Positions 29,606-33,075 of a DNA stretch of 33,075 nucleotides are shown here, in pieces (position 1 is the stretch's first letter; every line of letters begins with the position of its first letter). Both the position numbers and the translations under genes were made by a program. Below the pieces are notes generated by a model that saw only the letters and a list, made by a program, of their open reading frames with translations, ran no database searches and was not told the DNA's origin. Origin of the DNA: Malassezia furfur (taxonomy: Eukaryota); NCBI GenBank assembly GCA_052055015.1, contig JBQJIT010000003.1, one strand, 5' to 3'.

Positions 29606-32600
29606 ATGACCACGCCGCTGCCTACGAGCAGCGCGCACGATGCGCCACGGCCCGACGACCAGTCGATGGACGTCGATACGAGCCGCGAGTCGCTTCCCAC
29701 GCCCACCCCGATGCCTCCTGCGGCGTATACCAAACCCACGGTGCCCCCGCCTGCCGATCTGGCGCACGATACCTCATACCCCCCGCCGGCGGCCGCCGAG
29801 GCCCGTGTGCACGAAACGCCCTCGAGTGACGACTACAACGCTGAGCACGCGGCCTGGCGCAACCGATCACAGCCGGCCATGTCGATCTCGAGCATACTCA
29901 ACCAGCACAGCTCGGTGAGCCCCGGCGCAGAGGCGCGCGACGCCCCGACGCCGTCGCCCGCCGATGCCTGGGCGGCGCAGCGCTCTTCGCCAGCCGACGA
30001 GCCGCTTTTTACCACGACGGATGCGCCTACCTATGTCCCGCCGCCGCTGCCGCGCACATCGCGCGCGCCGCTGTCGTCTGCCGGTGTGCTGCCACGCGTG
30101 CCGAATGGCGTGGCACACGGCGTGTCGCGAACCATGCCGCCGAGCGCAACAATGGCGCGCACGCCGAGCGCCGACGTCGCGTTGGCCGACGAACCCGTGT
30201 GGGACAGCGATTTGTCTGCCGACGACAACGCGCAGGTGTGGCCCGCACCGCTCGCTGCGTACATGAGCGAGCGCCTGGCGCACCAGAAGCGCGTCGAGGC
30301 CTCGTGGGACGCGCTGGGCGCCGAGCAGCGGCGAAATACGATGCGCCGCCTGTGTCATACCTACGAGACGCAGTACCATGCGCGGCAGAAGCGTCCGCCG
30401 TCGCGGGCGCCGAAGCGAAGCAGCAGCGGTGCGCGGCGCGACGACGAGGACGACATTGATCTCGAGCTGCTCGATACGCTTGCAGACCGCCCGCGCCGGC
30501 ACGAGGCATCGTCGCCTGCGCCGGACGTGGATGCGCTCGAGGCCGAGATCGGCGGCGCGGCCAGCGACACGAACCGCTCCGTGTCGGTCGCGAGCGACGA
30601 GGAAACCGAGCTGAAGCCGCCGCCGCAGCTGATCGACCCCGAGACGGGCGAGGTGCGCGGTACGATCCCAATCGGTGAGCGACGCGAAGCGTTGCTAAAC
30701 GAGGCGCACCAGCGCGTCTGGGCGCTGATTGCCAAGCGCGACATCCCCAAGGTGTACCGCACGGTAATGGCAAGCTACACCAACAAGGCCATGTACTGGC
30801 GGCGCCTGTCGAGCGTGGTGCAGCGCGAGGCCAAGCGCGGCGCGGCTCGCAACAACAAGTCGAGCAAGGATATCCAACTGCGCTCGCGCAAGGTGATGCG
30901 TGAGCTGCTGCTTTACTGGAAGCGCAACGAGCGCGAGGAGCGCGACCTGCGCAAAAAGGCGGAGAAAGAGGCCCTCGAAAAAGCCAAGAAGGAGGAGGAG
31001 ATGCGCGAGGCGAAGCGCCAGGCGCGCAAGCTCAACTTCCTCATCACGCAGACGGAGCTGTACAGCCACTTCGTGGGCAACAAGCTCAAGACGTCCGAGG
31101 CCGAGGAGTCGGAAGACACGGCAAGCGCCGCGCCGAGCGCCGCGCCGATGCAGGTCGATGCGCCCGAGGTGAATGGGAACGAGGCGCTGCACGAGATCGA
31201 CTTTGACGACGAGGACGAGTCGAACATGCGTGCGCATGCGGCGCGCAACGCCAACGAAGCGGTGCGTGCGGCGCGCGACAAGGCGCAGGCCTTTGATGCG
31301 GCCGTTGCCGACGAGCGACGCAAGGCAGAAGAGGCGCAGCGTGCCAAAGACCCCACGCAGACGTTCGACTCGGACGATCTCAACTTCCTCAACCCCTCGT
31401 CGATGGGCGTCACCGAGGTGCGACAGCCCAAGATGCTTACGTGCACGCTGAAGCCGTACCAGATCAAGGGGTTGAGCTGGCTTGCCAACTTGTACGAGCA
31501 GGGCATCAATGGCATCCTCGCGGACGAGATGGGTCTTGGCAAGACGGTGCAGAGCATTGCGCTGATGGCCTACCTCGCGGAGGTGCACGACATCTGGGGT
31601 CCCTTTTTGGTGATTGCGCCCGCCTCGACGCTGCACAACTGGCAGCAAGAGATCACCAAGTTTGTGCCGGCACTCAAAGCGTTGCCGTACTGGGGCAACG
31701 TCAAGGACCGTGCGGTGCTGCGCAAGTTTTGGAACCGCAAGCAAATCTCGTACGACCGCAATGCGCCTTTCCACGTGCTCGTCACGAGCTACCAGCTGGT
31801 GGTGTCGGACGAGAAGTACTTCCAGCGGCTCAAGTGGCAGTACATGGTGCTGGACGAGGCACAGGCGATCAAGTCCTCGTCGAGCAACCGGTGGAAGACA
31901 CTGCTTGGATTCAACTGCCGCAACCGCCTGCTGCTCACCGGCACGCCCGTGCAAAACTCGATGCAGGAGCTCTGGGCGCTGCTTCACTTTATCATGCCCA
32001 GCCTGTTCGACTCGCACGACGAGTTCAGCGAGTGGTTCTCCAAGGACATTGAGAACCACGCCGAGAACAAGGGCACGCTCAACGAGCACCAGCTGCGCCG
32101 CCTGCACATGATCCTCAAGCCGTTCATGCTGCGCCGCATCAAGAAGAACGTGCAGAACGAGCTGGGCGACAAGATCGAGATCGACTTGTACTGCGACATG
32201 AGCGCGCGCCAGAAGCTTCTGTACAAGAACCTGCGCTCGCACGTGTCCGTCGCCGAGCTCGTCGACAAGGCGACCAGCACCAACGACGAATCCGGCTTGA
32301 AGAGCCTGATGAACCTGGTCATGCAGTTCCGCAAGGTGTGCAACCACCCGGAGCTGTTTGAGCGTGCCGACGTGCGGGCGCCGTTCGTGTGCGGCACGTT
32401 CGCCAACACCCCGTCGTTCCTGCGCGAGGGCGACATGTCGTGGTGCCCCGACTCGTCGCGCTCGCTGCTCGACGTGCACGTCCCGCAGCGTCTCGTGCAA
32501 GAGGGACTTGTGCGTGTCCCGAGCGCGTCGAATCGTGCCGGATTCGACTCGCATTACCTCGACTCGCTGCTCAACATCTGGCGCACGCCGCACCTGGTCG

Positions 32601-33075
32601 CAGCCAGCAAGCAGCGCGACAATGCGTTTGCCTTTTTGCCGCTGCTCCACATGACGCCCGCTGACGCCGAGCGCGCCTTCCACGGCGACGCACTCGAGCA
32701 GCTCTTGCACGTCGCGGCGCACGACCGCGAACGCCGCGCCGACGAGCGCTACGTGTTTGACGACGAGCTCGCCGCCCGCGCGCACCGGCCGCGGGGCGCC
32801 ATACGCCGACACGTACCGTACGCGACAGAGCGGCCGACGCCCGACCTCGTGCCGCTGGGGTGCATTGCGGAGCACTGTTTGAACGAGCGGCTGGGTGACA
32901 GCACGCTGCGCGTCGCGATTCCCGCTGCGGTGGCGCCACGTATCCGGCTGCATGCCAACTACCGGCCGTTTGTCGAGCGCGAAGAGCGCCTGGTGCACGA
33001 CGTGGGCATGGAGCAGGCGCTGTTTGGCCTTCCGCCCGTCGCGCGCGAGGACCCGCGCGCGGTGGCGGCGATGCA
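29606..33075 (+). CDS. INO80: INO80 chromatin-remodelling ATPase; 3' end runs off the window, so absent from the ORF track
   Basis: DBINO motif REAKRQARKLNFLITQTELYSHF; SNF2 motifs GINGILADEMGLGKT, LDEAQAIKS, LLTGTPVQN, LVMQFRKVCNHPELFER, in frame with ATG 29606. Confidence 0.93.
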   Translation, partial: MTTPLPTSSAHDAPRPDDQSMDVDTSRESLPTPTPMPPAAYTKPTVPPPADLAHDTSYPPPAAAEARVHETPSSDDYNAEHAAWRNRSQPAMSISSILNQHSSVSPGAEARDAPTPSPADAWAAQRSSPADEPLFTTTDAPTYVPPPLPRTSRAPLSSAGVLPRVPNGVAHGVSRTMPPSATMARTPSADVALADEPVWDSDLSADDNAQVWPAPLAAYMSERLAHQKRVEASWDALGAEQRRNTMRRLCHTYETQYHARQKRPPSRAPKRSSSGARRDDEDDIDLELLDTLADRPRRHEASSPAPDVDALEAEIGGAASDTNRSVSVASDEETELKPPPQLIDPETGEVRGTIPIGERREALLNEAHQRVWALIAKRDIPKVYRTVMASYTNKAMYWRRLSSVVQREAKRGAARNNKSSKDIQLRSRKVMRELLLYWKRNEREERDLRKKAEKEALEKAKKEEEMREAKRQARKLNFLITQTELYSHFVGNKLKTSEAEESEDTASAAPSAAPMQVDAPEVNGNEALHEIDFDDEDESNMRAHAARNANEAVRAARDKAQAFDAAVADERRKAEEAQRAKDPTQTFDSDDLNFLNPSSMGVTEVRQPKMLTCTLKPYQIKGLSWLANLYEQGINGILADEMGLGKTVQSIALMAYLAEVHDIWGPFLVIAPASTLHNWQQEITKFVPALKALPYWGNVKDRAVLRKFWNRKQISYDRNAPFHVLVTSYQLVVSDEKYFQRLKWQYMVLDEAQAIKSSSSNRWKTLLGFNCRNRLLLTGTPVQNSMQELWALLHFIMPSLFDSHDEFSEWFSKDIENHAENKGTLNEHQLRRLHMILKPFMLRRIKKNVQNELGDKIEIDLYCDMSARQKLLYKNLRSHVSVAELVDKATSTNDESGLKSLMNLVMQFRKVCNHPELFERADVRAPFVCGTFANTPSFLREGDMSWCPDSSRSLLDVHVPQRLVQEGLVRVPSASNRAGFDSHYLDSLLNIWRTPHLVAASKQRDNAFAFLPLLHMTPADAERAFHGDALEQLLHVAAHDRERRADERYVFDDELAARAHRPRGAIRRHVPYATERPTPDLVPLGCIAEHCLNERLGDSTLRVAIPAAVAPRIRLHANYRPFVEREERLVHDVGMEQALFGLPPVAREDPRAVAAM

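Noticed and set aside
30695..32998. 767-aa minus-strand ORF
   Set aside because: Antisense shadow of INO80 caused by GC-rich codon bias; no recognisable motifs
1..33075. tRNA, rRNA, snoRNA, transposon, CRISPR or prokaryotic defence system
   Set aside because: Nearly all sequence is explained by eukaryotic protein genes; no repeat arrays, terminal repeats, transposase motifs or convincing RNA-gene signatures seen by eye (covariance-model search not run)

Overview
Gene-dense eukaryotic DNA, most consistent with a compact basidiomycete yeast of the Malassezia type (inference from GC-rich codon usage, intergenic gaps often under 120 bp and tiny GT-AG introns). I resolve 20 protein-coding genes: PHO13-like phosphatase (partial), a stand-alone voltage-sensor-like membrane protein, casein kinase I, a VBA-like MFS transporter, UTP11, a multi-TM protein, NAS2, an alpha-arrestin, SFA1, an FGGY kinase, glucosylceramide synthase, IND1, a siderophore transporter, an STL1-like sugar porter, a hidden six-exon glyoxalase-like gene, a MetR/Cys-3-like bZIP, SEC21, RPS28, a Pex14/Pex33-like peroxin and INO80 (partial). 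Manual splicing gives 24 introns, 19 of them only 22-29 nt. The most unusual signals are a predicted 1-nt micro-exon needed to build the CK1 N-terminus, an IND1/Mrp protein lacking its CxxC motif, a glyoxalase I-like protein with substituted active-site residues, and a CCAAT/Yap-site-rich promoter in a lower-GC transporter block. No RNA genes, mobile elements or CRISPR arrays were seen. All homology calls are from motif recognition, not database searches.
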